Part shown: piece by piece, positions 51,761 through 64,000 of the stretch
Layout of the letters: each line of letters begins with the position of its first letter
Numbering within the stretch: the first letter of the stretch is position 1
Source: Lingula anatina
Taxonomy: Eukaryota > Animalia > Brachiopoda
DNA length: 64,000 nt
Assembly (NCBI GenBank): GCA_051362555.1
Contig: CM120646.1
Coordinates: forward strand, 16,368,001 to 16,432,000
Reading direction: 5' to 3'
The notes under the pieces: generated by a model
What the model was told of the DNA's origin: nothing
The model's input: only the letters and a program-made list of their open reading frames with translations
Database searches by the model: none
Program-made: the position numbers and the translations under genes

Positions 51761-53151
51761 TATGTGGCCTGGTACTAAACAGTTATGAAATGAAAGGTGA
51801 AAACTAAAATATACTGATGAATGTAAGTATGTTCATGCAGATTCACTTTGCACTAGATTTAATAACAATACACGTCCTTTACGCACACGCATCATATTCA
51901 TTTCGAGCACGAGAATACGTACATAAGCAAGTACATGCGAAGTGTTAATATGCAGGCGTTTAATGGAATTAGCTTTTTTTCTCCTGCAGATGACTGAAGC
52001 AGAGTGTGGATGAATCAAGGGTACTGAAACTAAACGATTTGCCTAGAGTGACTGCTTCACATCTACATTTTTGAGTCGCACGATGGAGGTATTGAAAAGT
52101 GAATTAAAACTCCAGACGAAAATCAAAATTTGTTGGTCGTGTTCAACTTCAAATCAACATCATCCTTAAAATTGTCGTTTATCCACCTTTTTTGATATTT
52201 CTGAAAGGAGGGCTTTTTTAAAGCACAAAAATTTTGTTCAATTTTGGAAAAATTCTCGCAGAAGAAAGAGAAAAATGACATCATTCTAAACAGCATCCAC
52301 ATTAATTTGCATTCCATGCGTGAACAAACGACACGTTTTGATCTTGGGTTTGGGGGGGGGGGGGGTCGTCTCGTTTAGGGCCCGTTTCTAACTTCACATC
52401 CTTACTAATCAAAAAGGCTATGAACAACGGGTAACTATAGGCAAGACCTGTGTAAAAGCTACAAGAATTTCTACGTTAAGTAAGTAATTGAACTTCTATC
52501 CTGAATAAATTAAACAATAATCATTATAATGAAAAAATAAATCATGATGGAAATTAACTGAAGGTACTGTCAACAGTGCTTTTGCGCAATATGTGTACTA
52601 ATAACTATTTTTGAAACTAAAAACGTGTTTAAAAACTAACCAATGTTACCGATATTCTAAATGCCATTCAATGTGGTAAATGATATTGAGATGTTAATGA
52701 TGCATATTTCCAAGCGGTGCAAGTTTATGACAGGATTACAGGCAAAATGTCGCCATAAAGGTAAGACTATCCGTGAAAAACAATGTTACATGTTTGTTAT
52801 GAAGAAAAAATTCGATTAAATAGCAATATTTCTAAAATCGTTTCTTTCACCAGTGCAGATCACGTTAAACATACGGTGTAAATTCCATGTGCCAGAATGA
52901 ACTTAGGTTTAGTTCCTTTCATATTCACTACCACTACCAGCTTAAAACGATACTGTTAATATATATAGAATGTCAAATGAACTAGGAATTCTGGAGGCAG
53001 TTTGGTTAGCTGATTCATTAGTTTACTCATTCACCCACAGCACACACACGCAAGTGAATACAATTGTACCTCAAAAAGCCCACCTCTACACCACATGCAC
53101 ATCTATATGACTGTTTTACTGCTCTACAATAGCAAAATTATAGGTGGCAGA

Positions 53152-53285
53152 GGCTGGTTTCACAAAAGACCAATAACCACACAATACTTCACTCAATTGG
53201 ACTACATTCAGTGTGAAATTAGACTCAAATTTTGATTAATTTCAGACCAGTTTTTTGGAGTAAAGCACTTTTGTGAAACAGGCCC
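53152..53285. mobile_element. Short MITE remnant (GGCC..TTTCACAAAAG-type TIR)
   Basis: GGCTGGTTTCACAAAAG ... CTTTTGTGAAACAGGCC inverted ends; a related end CTTTTGTGAAACAGACC occurs near 982-998. Confidence 0.55.
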
Positions 53286-55086
53286 CATATTTTGCCATAC
53301 TTCTATGATATTGCCTGAAATGATAAGAAGAAAATATTCCTTTGTTGAATAACAATTACACCCCCCCACCTGACAGATATACAACTTTTTTGCCATACAT
53401 CAATTTGTCAACAATACAACTTATCCCCTCCTCTTCAGTGATACTTAGAATAAACACAAATGATTGTGGATGGGGTAGGGGTTGAAGGGGGAGGGGGCAA
53501 CTTTTTGACATGGGGAAAACTATATTACACATAAAAGGTGACTTCATATAGCTTACTATAACCATACTGGCATCAGTTTTCTACAAAAAGTTATACATAA
53601 TAGTTACATATTATTTTTCTTAAACAATGGAGCCCACAAGAAAAAATCAAGGATGATAGTATGCCAATACAAAGATTACCAGAAATGCTTTTATATTTGT
53701 TGTAACAGAAAAACATTCATTAAAAAATTGCTAGGTCGAAATGCACAGTGTAAGTGCAAACTTAGTGAAAAACCCCTGCACATTTCTTTCTTTTTTGACA
53801 ACAATATCACGACTTGCTAGAAAGCTTCCTTCCATATAATTCCAAATTGCTGGGTGTCAACAAGTTCTCCAGGCTCAAGATTCCAGTAAACTTCAACGGT
53901 AAGAGACAGGTATTTTTAGGTTCCAGTGGGAGACATAATTGCCATCCATTTTGCATTACCCAAGAAAATGTGTACACCAACCACTGCCTTGTTGGCCAGG
54001 AAGCTTTTTGTATTATTTCTGTACAGTCTCAAGGCCTATCATTCTGCATTTCTAAGCCTGTTCAAGATTAACCCTGTCTGCAGGAATTTTTTTTCCATAA
54101 TCCAACAATTTTGTATCCAGGAACAATTTTGTTGGTGCCAATCTGCTATTTCTGCATTTCGATAAGTGTTTATAGACATTTTTCTCAAGGCCTTGTCACC
54201 ATGTGCAAGCAGTCTTGCGCCAAGGTCATGCATTTGTTAAGCAGCTAGAAGACAAATTCTCCTATAAACATTGATCACAAAGTCATGCAGTGTGTTGCCT
54301 GACAATGAACAATGTACAGGCAGACAAGTTGCTGTCCATGTGATATTATCTTGTGTAACTCCATAATAATCACCTTACTCAAAGCACACTGGCACCAAAA
54401 ATAGGTGATCTAGTTTAAGGGGGAAACAATATAGGTTTGACATAATTCACATTGAAAATGCACATGTTCCAGCAAATTGTATATGGCATTGAAGGGGTCC
54501 TCAGAAAATGGCGCCATTCTTTGTTTCTACCTGTGTCACTACAAAGTGTTTCTTTTTCATGAGATAAAATATACATAAATGTATCGACTTTTGTTCAAAT
54601 TGTATATGCTTATTCTCTGGGAAGGAGTGAAATGCCCAGTGATTTACAGGGGAAAAAAAGAACATTTCCTAGAATTAGTCAGATGCACACAGAAATCCTT
54701 TTTCCCCCAGTCTCCTTCAAGGTCTCTCCATGCCTGTTTGTGTGTCCTGTGATCCTTCATAAAACTTACACGGTGTCTTCCCTTCATTCATTTAAAATGC
54801 AAATTCACAATAATTTACCCTATGTCAGCATGTCCTGGCAATGAGGTGTCTCTCCCTGGCTTCTACATTTCTTATCACGTCCTGGGTATCACCCTGTTTA
54901 TAAATGTATATGAACACAGAGTGGACTTTGTATTTTATTACATTACTGGTAATAAGCAGCGACATGGCTAGTCAGAACCGCAGACAGCATAATCCAACAT
55001 CTCCACTGGTACTTCCACTTCTCATTTTTCTCTTTTTTTTCCATCATAAAGTGCCTCTCAACAATAGGCATTCCAGTCTCTTTTAA

Positions 55087-55130
55087 CCCTCTTCCCAAAG
55101 GTACCTATCCCTCTTCCCAAAGGTACCTAT
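55087..55130. repeat. Perfect 22-bp tandem duplication
   Basis: CCCTCTTCCCAAAGGTACCTAT x2. Confidence 0.95.
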
Positions 55131-56600
55131 AAATACAAAAAAGAAAAGATATTTAAAATACAGGCCATACATGTATGCAAAACACAGAACTCTCAATTGA
55201 AAAATAAAAAAGCATTGAATAAAAACATGGATATGTTAGACAGTGCGAAGTCTTACTTTATAAACCATACTGTTTAGTGATGGTTAATTCTTAGAAAATG
55301 TGTTTACAGTGTAAAACATTTAAAATCTTGAAACAGTGTTACTTGCATGTGTTTGGGTGTGTGCCTGCATGTTTTATCAGGGACAGGTTGGCATTTAATT
55401 CTAAAAAGAAAGAATGAGATAAAATACTCTAGATAATGGGGCTGGATATTCAGATGGTGGACAGTGCACACAGGTTTGACTGGTAATCATCATCATCAAA
55501 TCAAGAGACAACTGCGGTCTCACAGATAAAGAAGGGCAACATCATCATATAATCTGGTTAAGTAATAAATAGAGTGAGTGCCTACATCAGTGGTAGTCAG
55601 CTTCAATAGCAGTCAATTGCCAGTTTATTCTTGTATCTCCAGGTTTAATCTTAACCAAAGTGCACAGGACGGGTAACCCAGACACTTCGCTTGTCTCTCT
55701 TTCTGCCCTAGAGCCAAGTCTACATTAACTATCACCATTGTTTTCTGTCAACTCAATCCTACGTAACCTTTACCACCTACAGTTAATATACCCACAGACA
55801 CAACACAGACAGCCAATCTACCTTGTGCTCAGGTATTCATACTCAGTTAACTGGAACTATGCCGTCTATCCTAGGCCTAAAGAGAACAACAATGCATTCC
55901 TTTAGATGTTAAAATACAAATTCAACTGCTGTGAAACAAAGCACTTGGGTAACACAAAGATATGCATTGCTGCAGTCTAGTATGTGTATAAACATTCCAC
56001 AAGACAATATAGCATATAAAACCAAACATATCCTTTCATAAATAGCAATGCAATAATAAAGTGATGTTTGGACTCGGGCAGCCATTTTAGATACACTTTG
56101 TGTAACACAAATAACCGCATAGAAAGGGGCTTGGTTATCATTTTTTAAAAACCAAAATATGACCAAAAAAAAAAAAGAAATATATATATCAGGAAGTCAG
56201 GAATCAATTGCCCCATGCAACAAAATTGTATAATATTTCATGGTCCTACTATAATATTATCCTTGAAAACTTTAGAAAAGAAATAGTAAGATGGAACTAA
56301 CAAATGGCTCACTACTTCAAAATAATTCCTGGACATTAGTTGATCAAACACCTGGCACTTCAGTGATCAAGTCCTTTGTTCTGCCTCCTAAATGGTCAAC
56401 AATTTACTTATGTGCTAGGAAAAAATATCCCCGAAATGCCTTGTTCTCAGCTCTATGATTGAACTTATCTCAATATGAAATAATCACTTGAAAAAAAGCT
56501 CCAAATATATTCCAAACATCCCTTGAACAAAAAACACGAAAAATCTGTGCGAACACCTGCGCGGCGTGTCTTTATGATACGCCATGATGCCACGCACGTT

Positions 56601-56699
56601 CCACCCGGGAACATCCGGGCAAGCAACATCATGAATGCATCATGTTAAATCTTCAAACTAGATGCTAAACGAAATGCAACTAAGCTCTAGCACAAGTCC
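56601..56699 (+). repeat. About 100-bp direct repeat, copy 1 (copy 2 at 58895-58993)
   Basis: CCACC.GGGAACATCC..GCAA.CAACATCATGAATGCATCATG.TAAATCTTCAAACTAGAT.C.AA..AAAT.CAACTAAGCTCTAG.ACAAGTCC shared by both copies. Confidence 0.9.
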
Positions 56700-58894
56700 C
56701 TAGTCTTTTGGAACTCATAGTCCAAACTCCCCCACAGTACCTGCTGCACTCTTTCCACTGCACGGCGTTTCATCCATTTGAGCCTAGTTGGTACCAAGAG
56801 GGTTAGAGAAGTTGGCATGTTCACTGTCGTCTCTGATCAGTAAAGGTTTTCAGACAAGAAAAGGTGGTTCAAAATGACTGCGCCTGCGCCGTACTCTCTA
56901 ACCCATTGCCAGACCTGAACACGTCATACCTGAATACATTTCACTCTCTATATCCCCGTCACATGCTACTAATTTCTTTCATTAATGATGCAACTTCAAT
57001 ATAACGTCATACAGTGAAGGCCTTAAATTATATATTGTCTAATGATTGTGTCTGTACTAGTTCCTTTCAACACCACCTCGAGCATCATCAACATAACTGT
57101 ATTCAAAATGGTGGAATCTTAAATCTAGTCACACACCCTTCCGCCATATTGCCACTTGGCTTTCTTGACTTGTTTAAACACTGCACATACCCGTCTGGTG
57201 TTCTGATTAAGATTCCGTTATCAAAGGGAGCATATCTGGTACTCGTATCTAAATCAGACAGCTTTATTCTTTTTTTAAAACAAAATCTGTAAACATGCTG
57301 CATTTTACCACATAAATACGTTCGTCTATTCTTTGTTCTCGCTTCCATGTGCTCGCGAGAGAAACACACCAGTTAACTGAGACACATTGTTCAAATGCTG
57401 GCTCTGATCCAAATCTAGGTTGCCCCTTTCCCTCCTTAAGCTCTTAATGTCTTATATGAGTACCCAATGTAATGTTTAATCATCTATCTCTTCAAGACAA
57501 GTTACAGCGGCAAGGTCAGCTCTAATCAGGATGGAAACTCAATGAGCATGTCTAAGACGCCATCTTGGATATCACACCGGCTACATGAAAAAGCATGCAA
57601 GGAATGCCTTCCTTTTAATGGTACCAAGCCTGCCCCATTTTATTACGTCAAAGAAATGAACAACTTGTTCAACGGAAGGAGCTTAATATTTTAGAAAATA
57701 TTTCTCCAATCCACTAAACAAGTGCACATGCCACAACCAAGGCAGGTCACTTGTAACCCCTGCACGGCTGTGGAACTGCAGTGGCAGCACAAAGCCCTCA
57801 CCCCTACTTTAACTGTAAAAACACCATTTCCCAGGTTATCATTTTAAATCCAGTCTCCAGCCTGCCTGTCATTTTAATCGCATAATGTTACTCCATGACT
57901 GGGTCACGTCTGCTGCCTTGGGAGGCAGTCTACAATCAAATATACATATAACTTCAAGCAAAACCTTACCTGCGCTGATAAAAAAGGTTATTATGCCAGG
58001 TTCCTCACACAAAGACATTGATAGAGCACACTCAGGAGAGAACATGCTCAGAAATCTAATATGTTCATAGACTAGCCCGCAGTTAAGATGCACGGCCTTC
58101 CTATTGGCTTAAAGAACTTGATTCTATTAGGTCATCTTAGTTGTTTGTGCTTCGCATGGTATGTGAAGTGAGAACCCTTGCCTGCACTTTCTATAACTAA
58201 CCATTCCTTATGCCTTTTGGCACCATATTTCGTATCAACTCTGCAGGGACAACTGGCCTTTATGTTTCCGCAAAATTTAAAATCTTTAAATTTAACATCT
58301 TTCAAAACAATACTCAAAAATGCATAAAAGTTACCCAAACTATGACATAAAATGAATATATTTTCAATTCAATGAACAAAAGGTATAGCATTGTGTGAAT
58401 ACAGTTGTTGTATTAAGCTTAAGTGGCACGAAAACCAGCCAAACCTTGATCCCAGTTAAGAAAAAATAACAAGGGCCAGACAGACATAAAGGTAATATAA
58501 AGATAACATAAAGGTAATATTCTAACTTAAAGCTCCTGCAATAAAAGCTAACCAAATACTATCAAACAAAAGTAACAGCTTAATGTAATGTAACAGACTG
58601 TAAAACGAACATTTCATTTGCTGTAAAGAAACACTATGAAGTCAGGGCCCTTTAGGTACAAATAAGCCTCCCCCCTACTGACAGCAGACCAGGATTTCCC
58701 CTAAGGCCCCCCAGCAACTGTTGTGAACTACTAGACAACACACGTTTGCTTGAATCAGTTATACTCTGATGATAACAGAACAGTAGCAATGACAGTGGTA
58801 GTTAAATATGTTGAATACAAGGGATTCTCACAGCATAATTCCAAAGCAAAAGAAAATTTACAAAAATTAGTCACAGTTGTATGTGAACATATAA

Positions 58895-58993
58895 CCACCA
58901 GGGAACATCCAAGCAAACAACATCATGAATGCATCATGCTAAATCTTCAAACTAGATACCAAGCAAAATCCAACTAAGCTCTAGAACAAGTCC
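58895..58993 (+). repeat. About 100-bp direct repeat, copy 2 (CpG-lacking)
   Basis: Aligns to 56601-56699; the CpGs of copy 1 are absent here. Confidence 0.9.
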
Positions 58994-59948
58994 TCACCCA
59001 CAATTACATTTTCATAAAACAAATATTCTTCAGACTTCAAATGTGACCATACTTCATAAATCTGTAACAATATAAGTGTTATAATTTTCTATCAAAACCT
59101 TATTATATCAACCAATCACCAGACAGGCACACACTCACACATGTATGCGCACACACACACACGTGCATGCAAGTACACACACAGACTCCAATACCAAAGC
59201 TTAAGGGCACTGGATGTCTGTATGTTCATACTGAAAAATCAGCATATCACTTTTAAACTACTTAAAAGTGGCCAATGGGAAGGGTCAGTGCATATTAAGT
59301 TGCTGTAACTAGCTAGCTCAAATTTGTGCTAAATTATCATAAAGCAATAATTTATTTCCTTATAGAGCAACAATGCCCATCTTGCTCACCAACCATTGTA
59401 CCTTGTCCTATATAGCAAAGAAAAATATATTTATTTGAAAAATTCTTATATGATAATTCTGTAAGATCAATAAGTTTGATGAAGATTTCAGTGATCTTCA
59501 ATTTTACCATAGCCTTCATATTTTATCCTATGATCAGAATGCCTGATAAATAATGCCTTCTTGGTACCATTGCAATGCTCCATTCATGTCTGAATTGGCC
59601 ACCAGATGGGGGCACCATCTAGTTTCCTCTTTGCTATTGGATCATCAGTTCCAATATACATCATCAGTGTGTGACACTTCTTGAAGACTGCCTTCATACT
59701 TTACACTGATATTCAAAAGCATTAAGTAAACCAACCTTCTCCCAATCCCTTATAACATGCTCTTCCAAAACACAAAGTTTAATCTATTACAACAATTATA
59801 CGACAATAGCACATATGACAAATGCCTATCTATATATAATTAGCTACTGCATAAAATTTGTGTGAATTTGAACAAAAAAGTTAAAAATAAAAGTCCTTCC
59901 TCCAGGTAAAATAAGCCAGCAATGTGGGCCAGTCATTGCAACAAACTG

Positions 59949-60163
59949 CCAGCAATGAGGAGGGAACCATGGAAATGGGTAGAGACACCATGTCCTCCAA
60001 AACAACCAGCAATGAAAAGGGAACCATGGTCATGAGTGGACACACCTTGCCCTGTACCCCCAGTGGGGAGAGAGCCATGGAAATGGGTGGAGGTCCTCCA
60101 AAACTACCAGCAGAGAGGAAGGAACCATGGCCATCAGTAGACAAACAATGTTCTCCAAAACAA
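59949..60163. repeat. Degenerate minisatellite, about 50-57-bp units, 4 copies plus outliers near 60425-60510
   Basis: Recurrent CCAGCA.TGA.GAGGGAACCATGG..ATG.GT.GA.AC.CCATGTCCTCCAAAAC; explains ORFs 59881-60223. Confidence 0.8.
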
Positions 60164-61346
60164 ACTGGGATCAATTTCACAAAAGATCTCTACTCCCCCC
60201 CCCCCCCACCACCCCAAAAATAAAATAAAATAAAACTAAATTAAATTAAATTGAAAAAAAAGACCACAATAAGTGTACTTCATCCAAAGCAGCAGTAGTC
60301 TGCTGAGATATTGTGCACATTTTATAGCAGGGGCTATATTAATACAGATCTATTTTGAACCAAATGATTGGTTCACAAATTAAGACCCATTTTCAGGCTA
60401 TAGTTCTTCAGTGAAACCAAACCCTGCAGTGAGGAAGGAACTAGGACCATGGGTAGAGAAACCATGTTTTTCATAGCCACAAGCAGTGAGAGGAATCCAG
60501 AGCTATGTTAAGAGGAGCCATTTTAAACAAAATTGAAACATGTTTTTGAAAAGCCTGTCCACAGTTTCCATAAAAAATATAATGTAGAAAAATAAAGACA
60601 ATACAAAAGTAATTTAGCAAGGTACTGTAACAGCCTTCTTACAAAACAGCAGTCTTTTATTTTTCAGACAAATCAAAAAATATTCTTTCCCAATACCTAA
60701 AACCAACTCCAATGACAAAAATATGCTTAATTTTACACAAAAGCACTGCCATTGCTTCAGATTGCCATGCAATTAATTTAGCAGAAACCTAGCACGCTTA
60801 ATCTTGTACTGGGCATCAAGGTCTACCCATATAACAAACTAACAATGGTTATCTAAAATACATTTTAAGAAGTTCCAGAACATGACATGCTTATTCAAGG
60901 ACTTAAATACTTAATGGCTGTCTGGCCCAAACCTTGGATAACAAATGTGTAAAATAGCACTCAAGCAGTAATGACTTTCTTGCCATATCCAAGATCACAG
61001 GGTACAGACTTTTCAACTCAAATTTATTCTTTCTCTCTCAAAAATTCTGCCCTCGATAGTACTTAAGGGTTATTCACATTCAGTAGTGAACTGTAGATGA
61101 AACCTGAACACATTAAACCTTAGTGATGTGGAGTTGCCTGATATACCTGCAGCAAACAGACCAAAACCAACACAATGGCAGAATGCAGCTTGGACAAGTT
61201 CTTATTTTCCTAATCTTTATAATCCTTGATGATGCTTCTTATCCAGACTAAGGGCCAATATGCCACCAGTGCTGCTCCCTATACTTTTTAGCAATATTGT
61301 TCATAAATCGATAAGCAATAGATCTCACTGAATTATTCAGAATTTA

Positions 61347-61384
<38 letters not shown>

Positions 61385-64000
61385 CAAAGAATAAAGCTAG
61401 TTCGTCAACTTAAATGAAACAATATGTCCATACTGAGGGGAATTGCTGGGATTGTTGGCCAACTGGACACCAGGTGGGGGCACTGTCCAACTAACAAAAC
61501 AATGATGACCAATTTTCCACTTGGCTGATATTTCTTGCTTATGCAGAGTAAACCTGTCTCAACCATAGTGGACCACAGGTCATGATCACTGAACTGGCAT
61601 ACTGAAACCTTACCCTGCTGCATAAGAAAGCACTGGCCAACTTTTCTTCATTAAACCCACCTACCGAGCAAGACAAGTCTTTGGCATATGAACCACAAGC
61701 GTTAAGAGTCCAGCAGAGCATGCCTAATTTTTGTCACGAAGAAATGCCCTCACTTCCTTCTCTGTTTGCATGCTTCATAATTGATTAGGTCAAAAGAAAG
61801 AAAGATTCAATATGTAGTACAATGAAATGGCAAAAATCACATTTTATGTTCTGTGAGGGCCCTGTAGACAGACCTTTTGACCTTGGTAATGATAATAAAC
61901 TCTAACATAACTATGAACAAAGCCAGGAAATATGTTGCGCCTTCTTAACATTTAATGTATAAATACGACTGCCAATTCATTTACAAACAATTTATTGCAT
62001 TTTTCACAAGATATAGCTTTTGTTTTTCAGTCTCAGTTTATTATTAATAACAAAATACCTTGGCAATTTCAAGGGAAAAAAGATAAACATGTGCAATTCA
62101 CAGGACAAATTTCGAGAAATGGCTTCATGTCCACTTCCAAAATTTCAAGACAATTTATTGTCTTGAAATTATGATTTTTTTTTTATCTTAACCACATAAT
62201 GAACTTCCAACACATATCTGGATTAAAATCATACTTCAGGATTATTCCTTTCAACATGGTTTTGCAACCAGACACAAGTGTTTTAAAAGACTTGTTTCGT
62301 CTCTATCTTGAATGCTTAAAAATCCCTAAAATGTACCTATTAAAATGATTTCTATAGGTAAAATAAAGCTGTAGATCCATTTTAACTCTACCACTTTCAA
62401 TTAATTTTTTCTTAGAATTTCCCATGCATTGTTGTCATTTTTTTTTAAATAACATTATAATCAAAATTATTCCCAAATGTGGAAAAAATGTATTTGCAAA
62501 TTATAATAAAAACATTCCAAATCAAAGGTATATAATATGTACATCAAATGAGTAGCACATTACAAAATTCACTTAATTCACATCAATCAAAGCAGATTAT
62601 TATCACTTTTTCTATATAATAAAATATATTCCAAGTATTTTATTTCCTCATATGATATTCATCATGTAGCTTAGTTTGAGAATTTTATTCAAATTTTATA
62701 TAAATAAGACATAAGACTAAACAGATAATTGCAAATGGAGAGCATTTCTGGAAGTGAAAGAGATCTATCTTACTCACTGATACAGCATCAAGTAACACAA
62801 GATAAGCCTAGCCTAAATTTTAGTATAAAAGCTGTCTGGGTATTCAGAGAATGTTATGGCAAGATCCCACACCTGCTAAAGAAGGGAAATAACTTGGCAT
62901 CAATCTCAGCACACACAGAGACATTGATTAGGTCTGAACAGAGTGCCAGACTGCAGACACACAGAACTTAAAGCTATGTTTAAGTAGAGACAGACCCAAG
63001 AGGTCTTCTCCGTGTCCCAATGGATGCTGGAAGTTTTCAAAGTCACCTCTTAGTCAGAAAGTACGACGATACTGTTAAGTTTCCACAGCAACAGTGCCTG
63101 CTACTTCATAAACCAGGAAACAAGTGGATTATCAAACAAAATGCAACTGAAGACTAGAGATACGGTCAAATCATTTTTCGTGATGGAAAAGAAGAAAAAA
63201 CCACAAATAAGGATAAAATCTTGACTCTATCATTCAAATACAGTAAATATGTATTTAAGCTGCTGATTTTCAAAGTATAATTACTTGAATTTCATAAATT
63301 ATTTGGACATATCCAAAAACAGCTACAAAGATTATTTATTAAACTGCTGTGGTGCAAACAGAAAAATCTGAGCAAATCATTTTCTTTCATATCATTAAAT
63401 AATAATAATAAGCTATTAAAATATTTTTCCATCTGATCTAAGGGTATAGCAATTCTATAAAACATTTTTAAAGATCATTTCACTTGCATTTGCATTTAAA
63501 AGTCAGGACAATTTTGGTTTGAAATATATGTAAAAATAAATATAGTTTCAGCTAAGCAATAACCATTGATACTAAACAAATCACATAGCCTTCTTTATTA
63601 TGACTAAAAACATATTCTTTTTTATTAGTTTAACATGAAATGAGTACAAAAAAAAAAAAATCTGGCAATATGATAACCAAGTTGGGGGCGCAAGACCTGT
63701 TTTTAAGATAAAACTTTCCATGACCAAATTCTCACTCATGGTTTCCATCCTAGTCTCTATCTTCTTGATGTTGAGAAGCAGTTTCCTAGATAAGGAAAAT
63801 CATTGTCTGGGAATTTTGGATTCTATCCCAGGAAAAAAAAAAAGATGTAGGAGTCTATCCAATCCATCAGTCTGGCATGCCTTGATGTATTCTCAGGAAC
63901 ATGCTCTCAGCTATGTCATCACATGCAACAAGGAAAAAGGTGCTTTTCTCAAATTAGTTTGGTCATTTTCCTTTCTTCAAATTTAATGTTTCTGAATAGC

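Noticed and set aside
59881-60223. Two antiparallel 99-aa ORFs
   Set aside because: Products of a degenerate minisatellite.
12267-63986. Remaining 60-130-aa ORFs in the track
   Set aside because: Low-complexity or AT-rich random frames, many from microsatellites; no recognisable domains or consistent splice structure.

Overview
AT-rich, intron-containing animal genomic DNA. Gene content and repeat types suggest a lophotrochozoan, probably a mollusc (inference). Left end: two spliced minus-strand genes reconstructed exon by exon, with consistent GT-AG sites and phases. One is a 7-exon GT7 beta-1,4-galactosyltransferase-family gene (4358->436) with unusual active-site residues. The other is a 4-exon secreted CUB-like protein with a GPI-signal-like tail (12041->5851). 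Middle (13-46 kb): non-coding DNA with MITEs (a foldback MULE-like element with a 9-bp TSD, a TTAA-flanked Kolobok-like element), microsatellites, decayed FReD/Sushi-like exon remnants and a possible small plus-strand transcription unit. Right part: the conserved bilaterian mir-100 / let-7 / mir-125 cluster on the minus strand (51760->48688), invisible in the ORF track. Most intriguing: the primary transcript carries a tandem-duplicated second let-7 3p arm and a miR-100-complementary site just downstream of the respective hairpins, suggesting cis decoy or self-regulation of processing. All coordinates and pairings were read by eye; no computation or database search was run.
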